Of a DNA stretch of 64,000 nt, positions 1 through 9,322 are shown in pieces. This stretch comes from Macrostomum lignano (taxonomy: Eukaryota), in NCBI GenBank assembly GCA_002269645.1, contig NIVC01002140.1:112400-176399 (forward strand), written 5' to 3'. A model generated the notes under the pieces. The model was not told the DNA's origin. It was given only the letters and a program-made list of their open reading frames with translations, and ran no database searches. How positions within the stretch are numbered: the stretch's first letter is position 1; each line of letters starts with the position of its first letter. The position numbers and the translations under genes were made by a program.

Positions 1-694
1 TGGTCTTCGCCGGTGTCTCAGTCGGCAGCAGCGCTCAAGGGAGCCATTCAGAGTCGCGGATCTCCTCAAGCTACACGCCCACCTGGACCAACGTCTGAAG
101 AGTGACATCGCGTTCTGGGCAGCAGTTCTGGCAGCCTGGTGGGGTATGCTGCGAAAAGCGAATGTGACGACGCAATCGGGGCAGCTCGATCTGTGGTGCG
201 ACCTGGCAGCATCGAGCATCGTCTTTTCAGAGTACGACTGTGAGCTCACTGTGCGGCATTCGAAGACCAACCAGTTTGGCGATCGAGTTCAGCGAGTGTT
301 TCTTCCGAAACTGCCTGATGGAAGCTTGGGTGTCCTGTGCCCGTTCCGTGCGCTCGAGCGGCAGCTACGGACAAACCGAATCGGCCAGGCGCCGCGTCCG
401 GTTCACCTGTTCTCCACGTGGTCGTCCGCGGGATGGTTGCCTCTGACGGCTAGCAGGTTTGATAGCCGGCTTCGTTCGCTCTGCACATCGGCGGGTTTGT
501 CGCCACGCGAGTTCACTGGCCACGGGCTGCGGCGGGGCGGCGCTACGGCAGCCATGCAGCTCGGTGTTCCACTGCCGATGATCAAGAAGCTGGGCGACTG
601 GAAGGGCAACTCAGTGTTTCGCTATCTATCTGTTCGGGACTCGGATGCCAGGGCGGCTGTGCATGGCTTGGCTCGTCGGGTTGGCGCGCTCTAA
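1..694 (+). CDS. Tyrosine recombinase, C-terminal catalytic part (left Ngaro copy)
   Basis: Catalytic residues R (MLRKAN), K (HSKTN), HxxR (GHGLRRGGAT), W (GDWK), Y (FRYL); same protein as the 4471-5313 ORF. Confidence 0.93.
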   Translation, partial: GLRRCLSRQQRSREPFRVADLLKLHAHLDQRLKSDIAFWAAVLAAWWGMLRKANVTTQSGQLDLWCDLAASSIVFSEYDCELTVRHSKTNQFGDRVQRVFLPKLPDGSLGVLCPFRALERQLRTNRIGQAPRPVHLFSTWSSAGWLPLTASRFDSRLRSLCTSAGLSPREFTGHGLRRGGATAAMQLGVPLPMIKKLGDWKGNSVFRYLSVRDSDARAAVHGLARRVGAL

Positions 695-1120
695 CTCTCT
701 CTCTCTCTCTCTATGTCGAACTTTCTGGTTTGGGTTGGGCCAGGCTCGAACCTGCGCCTCTCGTGCCAACTGCCTTGACTTCGTCTCACTGGTTTAATGG
801 TCCGACCGGGCGTAGCTTGGTTGGGTGTTAAACCAGTGGGGCGTGGCTCTTGTGCGTTGGTGCGGGGGGGTGGTGGGCCGGGCCTTGGTCACGTGCCCGC
901 GGCCTGGGTGGCGTTTATTTAATACGGTGCGGGCTGTCGCTGACCCGCCTGCAAGCGCGTATTGATTTTTTTTCTCGCTTTTAAGTCTTCAAGGTTTTTA
1001 TTTGGCTTTTAAGTCCGGTAAATTAAAGTTAATAAATACGCTCGAATACTCGTACAATAGGGCCAGGCTCGAACCTGCGCCTCTCGTGCCAACTGCCTTG
1101 ACTTCGTCTCACTGGTTTAA
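1..1120 (+). mobile_element. 3' part of a Ngaro-type YR retrotransposon (left copy, cut by the window start), ending in complete B1-A2-B2 split direct repeats
   Basis: 1-1073 is the reverse complement of 4091-5164 (coordinates sum to about 5165). B1 737-795, A2 798-975, B2 1060-1118; B1 and B2 are identical 59-mers. Confidence 0.93.
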
Positions 1121-1126
1121 AAATAT

Positions 1127-2413
1127 TTAAACTTTACTGGATGAATTGTTGATCATGCTAAGCTTCACCTTCCTCTCAAATGCATAGATAATGTACAGGT
1201 CCACGGGTGTTGCGGTAGTCCTCTCAATGTTAGTCACGATATTCACAGGGCTGTTATCAGTAGGCATTTGTCTGGCAGACACATCAGCGCCAAACATCGG
1301 ATATAGAGTTCCATATTGAAGAGCAGTGATAGCCATTCCATTGTTCTCTTTCACAGCCAAGCCGACCAACTCGCTATAAAATTTGCTAATCTTGTTCTGA
1401 CTGAAATCTCCATTTTGTGGCAGTGCAGGGTAAAGATTATCACTGATTTCATGCTGGATGGACCGCACGTCTCCATGTATGTAGCGTATAATGCTATTTG
1501 GGTTTCTCATGTTAATAATAATATACCTTGGATTGCTGCATGATCCCTCTTTAATGCAGATGTTTGTTCTAGTTTCGTTTCGCTCATCTCGACACATGTA
1601 GGCTGTGTATGCAACATCAATGTCCTTCTCTATTGCCTTAAGATAGTCTGCTTTTAGTGCAGTCTTTGGCTCAATGATTTCCAAATACAACTCGATTCCG
1701 GTTAGCTTCACCTCCATCCTAGTGTGATCCGCCCCAGTCCACAACGCTCTACTGCGATCATCTCTAGTCATCTTAAAAGTGTCGCTAAAGTTACTAGTCA
1801 GTCGATTAAATGTATTACAGAATCCACTCATGAATCTTAGTGGTACAAATACATCAACAGACCGATACAGCGGGTTTTTAGCAGCATCATCAGCACCTTG
1901 TAATGCATAGTTGTATCTCTTCTTCCTCTTTTTATAGCCACTGTCATTGATGTCTCCTTCTTTTTCATCTGCAATAAAACCCGCACCACTTCCCAACTGA
2001 ATAAAATCAGGATTCTCAATCAAACAATGAGCGTCATAGACAATTCCAAAGCTGGCGATTCGCTCCAACTCAGTGCTCCCATTCGATACACTAAACTCCT
2101 TGAACATGTACGCCCAAAAGTTACTGATCAGAGCCACATCCGCATCATGCTTGTCAACGTTAGCACGAGCCGCATCCACACCACCCTTTGTCTTGAATTG
2201 AAATGTCATATGGAAGCCGCTCTTAAGACTGTGCACACTAACCAGAGACGAACATCCATTGTATGTAAATGTCAGTGTTTGACCTGGACCCAAATTAGTT
2301 TCATTCTGGTTCTCGTGACTCGGAACTCTTACCTGAGTCGCTTTGATTGTGCTATCATCACTCAAAATAGGCTTGTTAATTTTGTAGAAAACTGGTGTCA
2401 GTGGGTCGTTCAT
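1127..2413 (-). CDS. Polinton/Maverick-type double jelly-roll major capsid protein (PY/hexon-like), 428 aa, apparently intact
   Basis: Recognised motif series SDDST, VALISNFWAYMF, NDSGYKKR, VFVPLRFMSGF, TRDDRSRAL, NPRYIII, YPALPQNGDF, LYPMFGADVS matches the Polinton MCP pattern; A-tract before the ATG; neighbours are ATPase and minor capsid genes. By-eye recognition, no database search. Confidence 0.8.
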   Translation of the reverse strand: MNDPLTPVFYKINKPILSDDSTIKATQVRVPSHENQNETNLGPGQTLTFTYNGCSSLVSVHSLKSGFHMTFQFKTKGGVDAARANVDKHDADVALISNFWAYMFKEFSVSNGSTELERIASFGIVYDAHCLIENPDFIQLGSGAGFIADEKEGDINDSGYKKRKKRYNYALQGADDAAKNPLYRSVDVFVPLRFMSGFCNTFNRLTSNFSDTFKMTRDDRSRALWTGADHTRMEVKLTGIELYLEIIEPKTALKADYLKAIEKDIDVAYTAYMCRDERNETRTNICIKEGSCSNPRYIIINMRNPNSIIRYIHGDVRSIQHEISDNLYPALPQNGDFSQNKISKFYSELVGLAVKENNGMAITALQYGTLYPMFGADVSARQMPTDNSPVNIVTNIERTTATPVDLYIIYAFERKVKLSMINNSSSKV

Positions 2414-2443
2414 TTTTTAACTAAAAATAAAATAAAATAAGAA

Positions 2444-3298
2444 ATGAAGCGGAAAAGTTCATATCATATCTCTGAACTAGAAAAGCTGGCGCAAGCAGAG
2501 AAACGAGTTACCGGTCTAATCAACAAAGAACAACAATCTTACAATGAATTCGTCCAAGCAGCCACCGAATTTCACAAACCCGGATACACAGAAGCGAAGA
2601 AAAACATCGACACTGTGAAGGAAGCAGTTGATGATATTCAAGAGAGCCAGTTGCAAAACACATTGGGTAAAATCCCATCTTCACCGGGACAACCACAGGC
2701 TCAGCAACCAGGACAACCAGTGCAGATGAATGTGACGGATAACTTTTTTGGCCCCGTAATGGTTGATGGAAAATATATTTTTGGAATTAGCGCCTGGTGA
2801 AAAGAAATTACCAAGGAACCGGTGGATTACAACATTGAAGTGACAAAGGAAAATATTTCAATCAATAAAGGTGCAGAAACTAAAAGAATCCCCTACACTA
2901 AAACTTTACTTGATTACTCGTACATGACTAAAAATCTAGAGAAAACGTCTGAAAAGCAGCTAAAAAATTACAAAGATCTTGTTACCTTTGCTTTAGAGAG
3001 GGACATAGACATTCTCAAGAACAACGGTGTTTTGAAAGTTTTACATGAAAACAGGATTGACTTGAACAGGTTTAGAAAATACAAATACTTTAAACAATGG
3101 TTTGGTTTGCCAGATCAGTTGGAAGTCATAAAATTTCTAGAACAACAACAGCAGCAACCACAACAACAGCAACAACCACAGCAACCACCACCTCCACAGC
3201 AACAAAAAACCCAGGTTGAACAAGTACTTGATCAACTTGACGCCGCAGAACCGATTGTTGTTTCGCAGTACAAAGATACAAACCCTGATACTTGGTAG
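2444..3298 (+). pseudogene. Viral ORF of unknown function (coiled-coil N-terminus, Q/P-rich C-terminus) split by one in-frame TGA at 2798-2800
   Basis: ORFs 2444-2800 and 2822-3298 share a frame (ISAW*KEITKEPVDY); divergent from the MCP gene across a short A/T-rich intergenic. Confidence 0.55.
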
Positions 3299-3581
3299 AC
3301 ATAATAATTGCAATGTTATTTACATTGCCCAAAACTGGTTTGAACTGCCAAATAAAACAATTAGAGGTAACTGTAATTTGATTCTCCTTTTCCCAACCAT
3401 ACCACAGGATCGACTGAAACGATTTTATAATGAGGTCATTGCCCCAGCTCACATTACATATCCAGCTAAGAACTCTAACAGAACAATATCACAGGAGGAA
3501 TTTGTTAACATATGCTATGAAAAGTGGAACCAACCTTATCAGTTTGTCATGATTAATAAGGAGAAAAGAATTTTACTTTAA
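3288..3581 (+). pseudogene. C-terminal fragment of an A32/FtsK-like genome-packaging ATPase
   Basis: LGRHNNCNVIYIAQNWFELPNKTIRGNCNLILLF...WNQPYQFVMI matches the GRH-N / sensor Q / IR-N region of Polinton ATPases; Walker A and B are absent, implying an upstream deletion. Confidence 0.75.
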
Positions 3582-3597
3582 TTTTTTATTTAAAAAA

Positions 3598-4074
3598 ATG
3601 TCAGTAAATTTTGCAGGTGAGTCAACTACAGGCAACAGCACTCTCACAACTTCCTTTCTTGACAAGCGCTACATTAACACTGATGAAGAGATCCCAGAGA
3701 TCAAACTGAATAAAAACAGACTGAAACAATTAGAGCGCTCCATGCACCAGTTGCAAATAAACATGGAAGATCTCAGGCTTAAAGTAGCTAGGCAGAAGTT
3801 TGAAAGTGATAAGCTTTATGTGCCGTTGTTAAACGCAACTAATGAACTTAGGTCAGAAATAACTTCGGCGGTCTCGCTAATCAACGGCTTGAGATCATCA
3901 GTTAATCTTCTGGGAAATTCCACTGATAGACGGATGCGTATTCTTGAAGGAGGAGTTTTCACAAACACAGCTAAAGTGAATAATTTAGAAGAGTTCATGA
4001 ACCAGTCAACAGCATTGCATGATAGAATTAAAGAAAACGTCGCAACCAACACAGTTAAAGTGAGGAATTTGTGA
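3598..4074 (+). CDS. Viral coiled-coil protein of unknown function, probably 3'-truncated at the rearrangement junction
   Basis: 158-aa ORF with TAA-T-tract-A-tract-ATG intergenic; its stop codon comes from the junction sequence at 4072-4074. Confidence 0.5.
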   Translation: MSVNFAGESTTGNSTLTTSFLDKRYINTDEEIPEIKLNKNRLKQLERSMHQLQINMEDLRLKVARQKFESDKLYVPLLNATNELRSEITSAVSLINGLRSSVNLLGNSTDRRMRILEGGVFTNTAKVNNLEEFMNQSTALHDRIKENVATNTVKVRNL

Positions 4075-4470
4075 GTTCGAGCCTGAGTGAGTTCGAGCCT
4101 GGCCCTATTGTACGAGTATTCGAGCGTATTTTATTAACTTTAATTTACCGGACTTAAAAGCCAAATAAAAACCTTGGAGACTTAAAAGCGAGAAAAAAAA
4201 TCAATACGCGCTTGCAGGCGGGTCAGCGACAGCCCGCACCGTATTAAATAAACGCCACCCAGGCCGCGGGCACGTGACCAAGGCCCGGCCCACCACCCCC
4301 CGCACCAACGCACAAGAGCCACGCCCCACTGGTTTAACACCCAACCAAGCTACGCCCGGTCGGACCATTAAACCAGTGAGACGAAGTCAAGGCAGTTGGC
4401 ACGAGAGGCGCAGGTTCGAGCCTGGCCCAACCCAAACCAGAAAGTTCGACATAGAGAGAGAGAGAGAGAG

Positions 4471-5471
4471 TTAGAGCGCGCCAACCCGACGAGCCAAGCC
4501 ATGCACAGCCGCCCTGGCATCCGAGTCCCGAACAGATAGATAGCGAAACACTGAGTTGCCCTTCCAGTCGCCCAGCTTCTTGATCATCGGCAGTGGAACA
4601 CCGAGCTGCATGGCTGCCGTAGCGCCGCCCCGCCGCAGCCCGTGGCCAGTGAACTCGCGTGGCGACAAACCCGCCGATGTGCAGAGCGAACGAAGCCGGC
4701 TATCAAACCTGCTAGCCGTCAGAGGCAACCATCCCGCGGACGACCACGTGGAGAACAGGTGAACCGGACGCGGCGCCTGGCCGATTCGGTTTGTCCGTAG
4801 CTGCCGCTCGAGCGCACGGAACGGGCACAGGACACCCAAGCTTCCATCAGGCAGTTTCGGAAGAAACACTCGCTGAACTCGATCGCCAAACTGGTTGGTC
4901 TTCGAATGCCGCACAGTGAGCTCACAGTCGTACTCTGAAAAGACGATGCTCGATGCTGCCAGGTCGCACCACAGATCGAGCTGCCCCGATTGCGTCGTCA
5001 CATTCGCTTTTCGCAGCATACCCCACCAGGCTGCCAGAACTGCTGCCCAGAACGCGATGTCACTCTTCAGACGTTGGTCCAGGTGGGCGTGTAGCTTGAG
5101 GAGATCCGCGACTCTGAATGGCTCCCTTGAGCGCTGCTGCCGACTGAGACACCGGCGAAGACCACGAAGCACCAGCTTAACCATCGGCGACTCGCACGGG
5201 TCCGACCGGCCGAGAGCTCTGAAGTACAGCGAGACCGCGTTAGCATACGCCTGGCAACTCCGAAAGGCTGACAGCCGGGTGGACAGCTCGGCCAGGTATT
5301 CAGCCACGTGCACAGGCTCTGCCCGCAGCGGCGTCAGGTGCCGGGAATTGCAAAATCGCAGCCAAGACGCGAGCTGCGACCGGTAACTCCGCTTCGTGCG
5401 GGGCGCGTAGGCATTGCCCAGGATAAACGCGCAACGCTTGCTGAGGCGGTCGGGAGTCTGGCGCGGAGGGC
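4471..5471 (-). CDS. Tyrosine recombinase with N-terminal SAM-like domain; frame open upstream of the tracked ORF but with no early AUG
   Basis: Manual translation of 5472-5314 continues in frame as ...NAYAPRTKRSYRSQLASWLRFC... into the 280-aa ORF with R-K-HxxR-W-Y; preceded by a polypyrimidine tract and CAG acceptor at 5474-5472. Confidence 0.9.
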
Positions 5472-6149
5472 CTGTAAAATGAGAAAAACGGAGGCAGCAG
5501 GGCAGAAAGCATGGCTAGCGATCTCGTTAAAACAGCAGTCAACAGAGCCATACACCCGAAATAAAAAATCGCGCATTTTGTCCACGGCGTGCAGCCTAGA
5601 GCACGGGTCCGCAAAGACATGGTACCAGCCAGGCACATGAAAAGCGCGCACCTCAACCCCACGCCTAACAGCAATGAGCATGGCAGTCTGGAACAGCGGC
5701 TGCAACTCAGGCTGCCGACAGCAACCTCTGTTAATCATGCCAACAGCCGCACTAGAGTCGGAGTAGACCACGACCGAACTGTCATTTAAAAAGGCACCCC
5801 AGCGAACCATAGCCAGCAGCGGAACAATAGCTTCTTTGTACGTGATATGCTTGTCTTTAAACTTTCCTCCAGCATCCAGATCCCAATTGACGTACAGCCA
5901 ATCCACCATACCGCTACCATTGCGCAAAATGGCTCCGCCACCAGCACTGCTCGCATCGGTTTCGATGATCCAGCCGTTTGTGCAACTTCTCCAAAGCTGA
6001 AAATCAGGCAGCTTCAGAAGGGCACCTCGCCACCAGAGTAAAATACGCACAGTGTCAGCGGACACACGCACTTTGTGATGTGGCTTTTCCAGGGCATTAA
6101 GCAGGTCGAACAGGGGTCTTAGGAAGCAACTCCCAGCGTGCACCACCAA
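5334..6149 (-). pseudogene. DIRS-type RNase H domain of pol, detached from RT by a frameshifting deletion
   Basis: ETDASSAGGG, HITYKE, VYSDSSAA, FADPCSR motifs; different frame from RT at about 6150. Confidence 0.85.
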
Positions 6150-7120
6150 AGCGACGAAAGCTGTCGTTTCGAGAGACGCCTGCGCTGCGAAAAGTTAAGC
6201 AGTGTGGTGCGCATTTCCTCACACTTTTCCGCCGGCACACTAAGAACTCCACGGACAGTATCAATCTTCACACCGAGATACACCAAGCATTGCGTAGGTT
6301 CAACCACTTTGTTCCAATTGACACCAAAACCTAACTGGCGAACCAGCTTAATCAGCTCTTTCAGAGCATCCATACACTCTTTCTCGCTCTCGGCCGCAAC
6401 CAGAAAATCATCCAGGTAAACCGAAATATTGGCCACGCCGCGTCGCACCATCATCCTCTTGACCGCTTGAGTAAGCCGGTAGAAAATCTCGACCGAGGCG
6501 CAGCTACCAAAGGGTAGCCGGGTGTCGACAAGCCATGTCAGATCACGGTTGCCTTTAAAGCGCCAACCAATGCCGGTCGCCTGGTAATCATCCGGATGGA
6601 TCGCCACGCTTCTGTAAGCTTGCGACAAGTCAAGCTTAGCCATGAACCAGCCCTTGCCGATAGAGGCTGCAACCTTCTTGACGGACTCAAACCTGGGGCT
6701 CAGCTTCTTCGTATAGTTGTCATTTACCGAGTAGCCCGGAGGCGTGCTGCAGTCATGAATAAGTCGAACCTTCCCGTTATCCTTGGGAATTGCTCCCAGA
6801 GGGCTGACCATCGTAGGCTTCTTAGGCACAATCAAATACCTGCCATTCTCAATCTCTTCCTTAATTTGCAACTCAACAGCGCGATGAAAAGCAGAAGTAG
6901 ACATGTAATTGGCATTAAAAGTCTCACAAAGCCCTTTGCCATCAGTAATGCGAAAACCATTTGCGATGCCGTCTAGGATAAAATTCCGATCAGGGTCATT
7001 CTCAAGCTCAGAATCCCACGAACAAAAACGCAGGCGACCCCCTGCACTGCCAACGACAGGATTGTTAAAATTTAAAGCAGGCTGAGCATTAGGCAAAATT
7101 TTAGGATTAAAACAGAGCAT
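6119..7120 (-). CDS. DIRS/Ngaro reverse transcriptase
   Basis: KVRLIHDCS, LDLSQAYRSV, RLPFG, YLDDF, YLGVKID motifs. Confidence 0.93.
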   Translation of the reverse strand: MLCFNPKILPNAQPALNFNNPVVGSAGGRLRFCSWDSELENDPDRNFILDGIANGFRITDGKGLCETFNANYMSTSAFHRAVELQIKEEIENGRYLIVPKKPTMVSPLGAIPKDNGKVRLIHDCSTPPGYSVNDNYTKKLSPRFESVKKVAASIGKGWFMAKLDLSQAYRSVAIHPDDYQATGIGWRFKGNRDLTWLVDTRLPFGSCASVEIFYRLTQAVKRMMVRRGVANISVYLDDFLVAAESEKECMDALKELIKLVRQLGFGVNWNKVVEPTQCLVYLGVKIDTVRGVLSVPAEKCEEMRTTLLNFSQRRRLSKRQLSSLWWCTLGVAS

Positions 7121-7128
7121 CGCAGACT

Positions 7129-8247
7129 TCAGTTTTTTGTCGAATGGTTGGCCTCAGGGTGGGCCTCGAAACAGATGCGGCATACGTGCCGGAATTTGCA
7201 GCTCGACCGGAAGCACCCCCGGCGATTAAAGTGCAAGCAGATCTCTTCCCCGTCTGGCGTTCTGAGGCTCTTGGGGTCTATTGGTTTTTGAAAACGCTGC
7301 TGCCGTGGCTGGGGCAATGACTTGCTGACTCCATGGTTTGCTGGAGTTCCAGTTCTGATTAAGTGCTTAGCAACGAGTTGGAAAGACTCCTTGCCCCATC
7401 GCATGCCAGTTTCAGCTTGCCTAGTGCGGTAGTCCTCGTCAAAACGATTCACCTGCGCAAGGCCGAAGCCCGCGTCAAACAGCTCGCCAATCTGTATTGA
7501 GTAGCGTAAGTAATTCATCAAATCAGTCGTGTCGGCAGTTCCATTTCTACTAGTCACCAGGGCACCATCCTTGATCATCTGCATCATCAGCCTGCAATTT
7601 CCTACCAAATACTGCGCTGCCGTGATGCTATCTGGATTAGGTTTTCTGCTCTTGTAAGTGATTCGGCCACCAGAACCATTAGCCAGCACCACTTCCTGCT
7701 CAAAGCCGTCGAGGAAATCACGAATCAGGAGAGCCTTACGTCTACCAGAACACTCCATCCGTTCATTGGCCCTGTTCTGTGACAACAATCTGTCAAGCAG
7801 CTCATTGCCATTATCTGCTTGGTCTAATCCAGCATCATCACACCCATCAGGAAAGTAACTGGGGCCAGCAGGCTTGGCACACTCACCGCGATTCATAGGA
7901 CGCGTGGATGGACACTCGCGCTGCAGATCTCCGATCTCCCTCTTGAGTTGAGCGGCTTCCTTGCGTAGTTGCAACAGTCTGATCTCCTTCTCCGCTTTCG
8001 CGATGTCCTCGTCCAGGCCCGCCGCCGACTCCCGAGCCGCCTCCGTACTGATGTTGTCATCTGCTTCGGCTTCTTGCTTAGATTGCTCCATGTTCTGCAA
8101 CAGCGAATCTGTCCACGACTGGTCTGGGGCTGCGAGCAGGGCGCTGACAAGGTCGGCCTTGTTGCCCCGACTGCTTATGTTAGCGTGGGCACACAAGGCT
8201 TGCAGAGCCACCTTGCTCAGGTGCATAAGTTTGTCGCGGTCAGCCAT
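7129..8247 (-). CDS. Gag-like ORF1 (372 aa) with N-terminal SAP-like domain, coiled coil and C-terminal CCCH-type zinc finger
   Basis: ATG at 8247 (MADRDK); LSKVALQALCAHANISSRGNKADLVSAL fits the SAP pattern; CLHFNRRGCFRSSCKFRHVCRICFEAH. Confidence 0.85.
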   Translation of the reverse strand: MADRDKLMHLSKVALQALCAHANISSRGNKADLVSALLAAPDQSWTDSLLQNMEQSKQEAEADDNISTEAARESAAGLDEDIAKAEKEIRLLQLRKEAAQLKREIGDLQRECPSTRPMNRGECAKPAGPSYFPDGCDDAGLDQADNGNELLDRLLSQNRANERMECSGRRKALLIRDFLDGFEQEVVLANGSGGRITYKSRKPNPDSITAAQYLVGNCRLMMQMIKDGALVTSRNGTADTTDLMNYLRYSIQIGELFDAGFGLAQVNRFDEDYRTRQAETGMRWGKESFQLVAKHLIRTGTPANHGVSKSLPQPRQQRFQKPIDPKSLRTPDGEEICLHFNRRGCFRSSCKFRHVCRICFEAHPEANHSTKN

Positions 8248-8458
8248 TGCAAAAAAATGAGAAAAAAAATCAATACGCGCTTGCAGGCGGGTCAGCGACA
8301 GCCCGCACCGTATTAAATAAACGCCACCCAGGCCGCGGGCACGTGACCAAGGCCCGGCCCACCCCCCCCCCCCGCACCAACGCACAAGAGCCACGCCCCA
8401 CTGGTTTAACACCCAACCAAGCTACGCCCGGTCGGACCATTTTTGTGGGTGAAAAAAA

Positions 8459-9322
8459 ATGGAAGCTATAGCCGAAAGACTAAACAACATTGTTTCACAC
8501 TCCAAGGAGAGCATTCCTATTACAATAACTGGGCGAATTAATGACTCAAACGGGATGTTTGTTGAAAAATTAGAGCAGGCGATTCGCCTGGATCCAGGCG
8601 CTAATTACCATGTCTATCTTAACGACTTCACTGGTTGGTCAAACGTTCCCAATGTGATGGCAGCAAATAATAAGTTTTATTACAAATGGAAAGGTGCAGC
8701 AGCAGACCCTGTGGTATTCCATGTGAGCACGCAAAGTGTGGATACCTACAATAACTTTCTAGAAAATGTCTTTACTAAAAGAGGCCATTTTGAGACACCT
8801 GATGCGAGTAAGCCAGAGAAGAAACTGTTCCCTGCCAAACTAACCTATGATCTCACTGTAATGAGAGTGGTCATGCAAGTTCACAAAGATGCGGAGGTTG
8901 AGTTTAAAGATGACACTTGGTATAGGGAACTTGGATTCGAGAAGAAAGTTTATAAGGCAGAATCCGCGGCGCGGACCGCCACTCAAGCATCGGGGACTGT
9001 TAGAATGGTCCGGGAAAGTGTAAGCGGTTTGTTCTTAGCACCCAATATTGCAGACATTGTAAAGGGTTTGAATATTCTAATCAGAAGCAATCTCAGTCTT
9101 GATTGAGTATTTAAGGGAAAACGAACGAATATTTTGTACAACATCTCCAACTCTGTAGCTGGAGGACAGATGGTGGTAGAGAAACCAAATCCAGTGAAAA
9201 GAGTTGTATTGAGTAATAAGGAGATTCACGAGATTGTGCTACAGTTTGAGACTGAAGATGGGATGGGCGTTGATTTCAACGGTGAAGAGTTTGTACTGAC
9301 GTTGATCATTGAGAGAATGTGA
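8459..9322 (+). pseudogene. Polinton-type minor capsid protein (PX/penton), split by one in-frame TGA at 9104-9106
   Basis: N-terminal AIRLDPGANYHVYLNDFTGWSNVPNV..NNKFYY and C-terminal VVEKPNP...GVDFNGEEFVLTL patterns; the two tracked ORFs are in the same frame (SNLSLD*VFKGKRTNILYNIS). Confidence 0.8.

Larger units (their letters stand above)
4091..8441 (-). mobile_element. Ngaro-type YR retrotransposon, near full length: A1-gag-RT-RNaseH-YR-B1-A2-B2(truncated)
   Basis: Split direct repeats A1 8259-8439, A2 4190-4367, B1 4370-4428; only 15 bp of B2 (4091-4105); gag, RT, RH and YR ORFs in DIRS-order arrangement. Confidence 0.93.

Noticed and set aside
5300-5674. 124-aa ORF as a DIRS-type methyltransferase domain
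   Set aside because: No DPPY/NPPF-like motif; it is an alternative frame over the RH/YR overlap.
2798-9106. Two viral genes each split by an in-frame TGA, suggesting UGA recoding (alternative genetic code or readthrough)
   Set aside because: The penton ends at a TGA (9320-9322) exactly where homologs end, and TGG is used for Trp; independent nonsense mutations are simpler.
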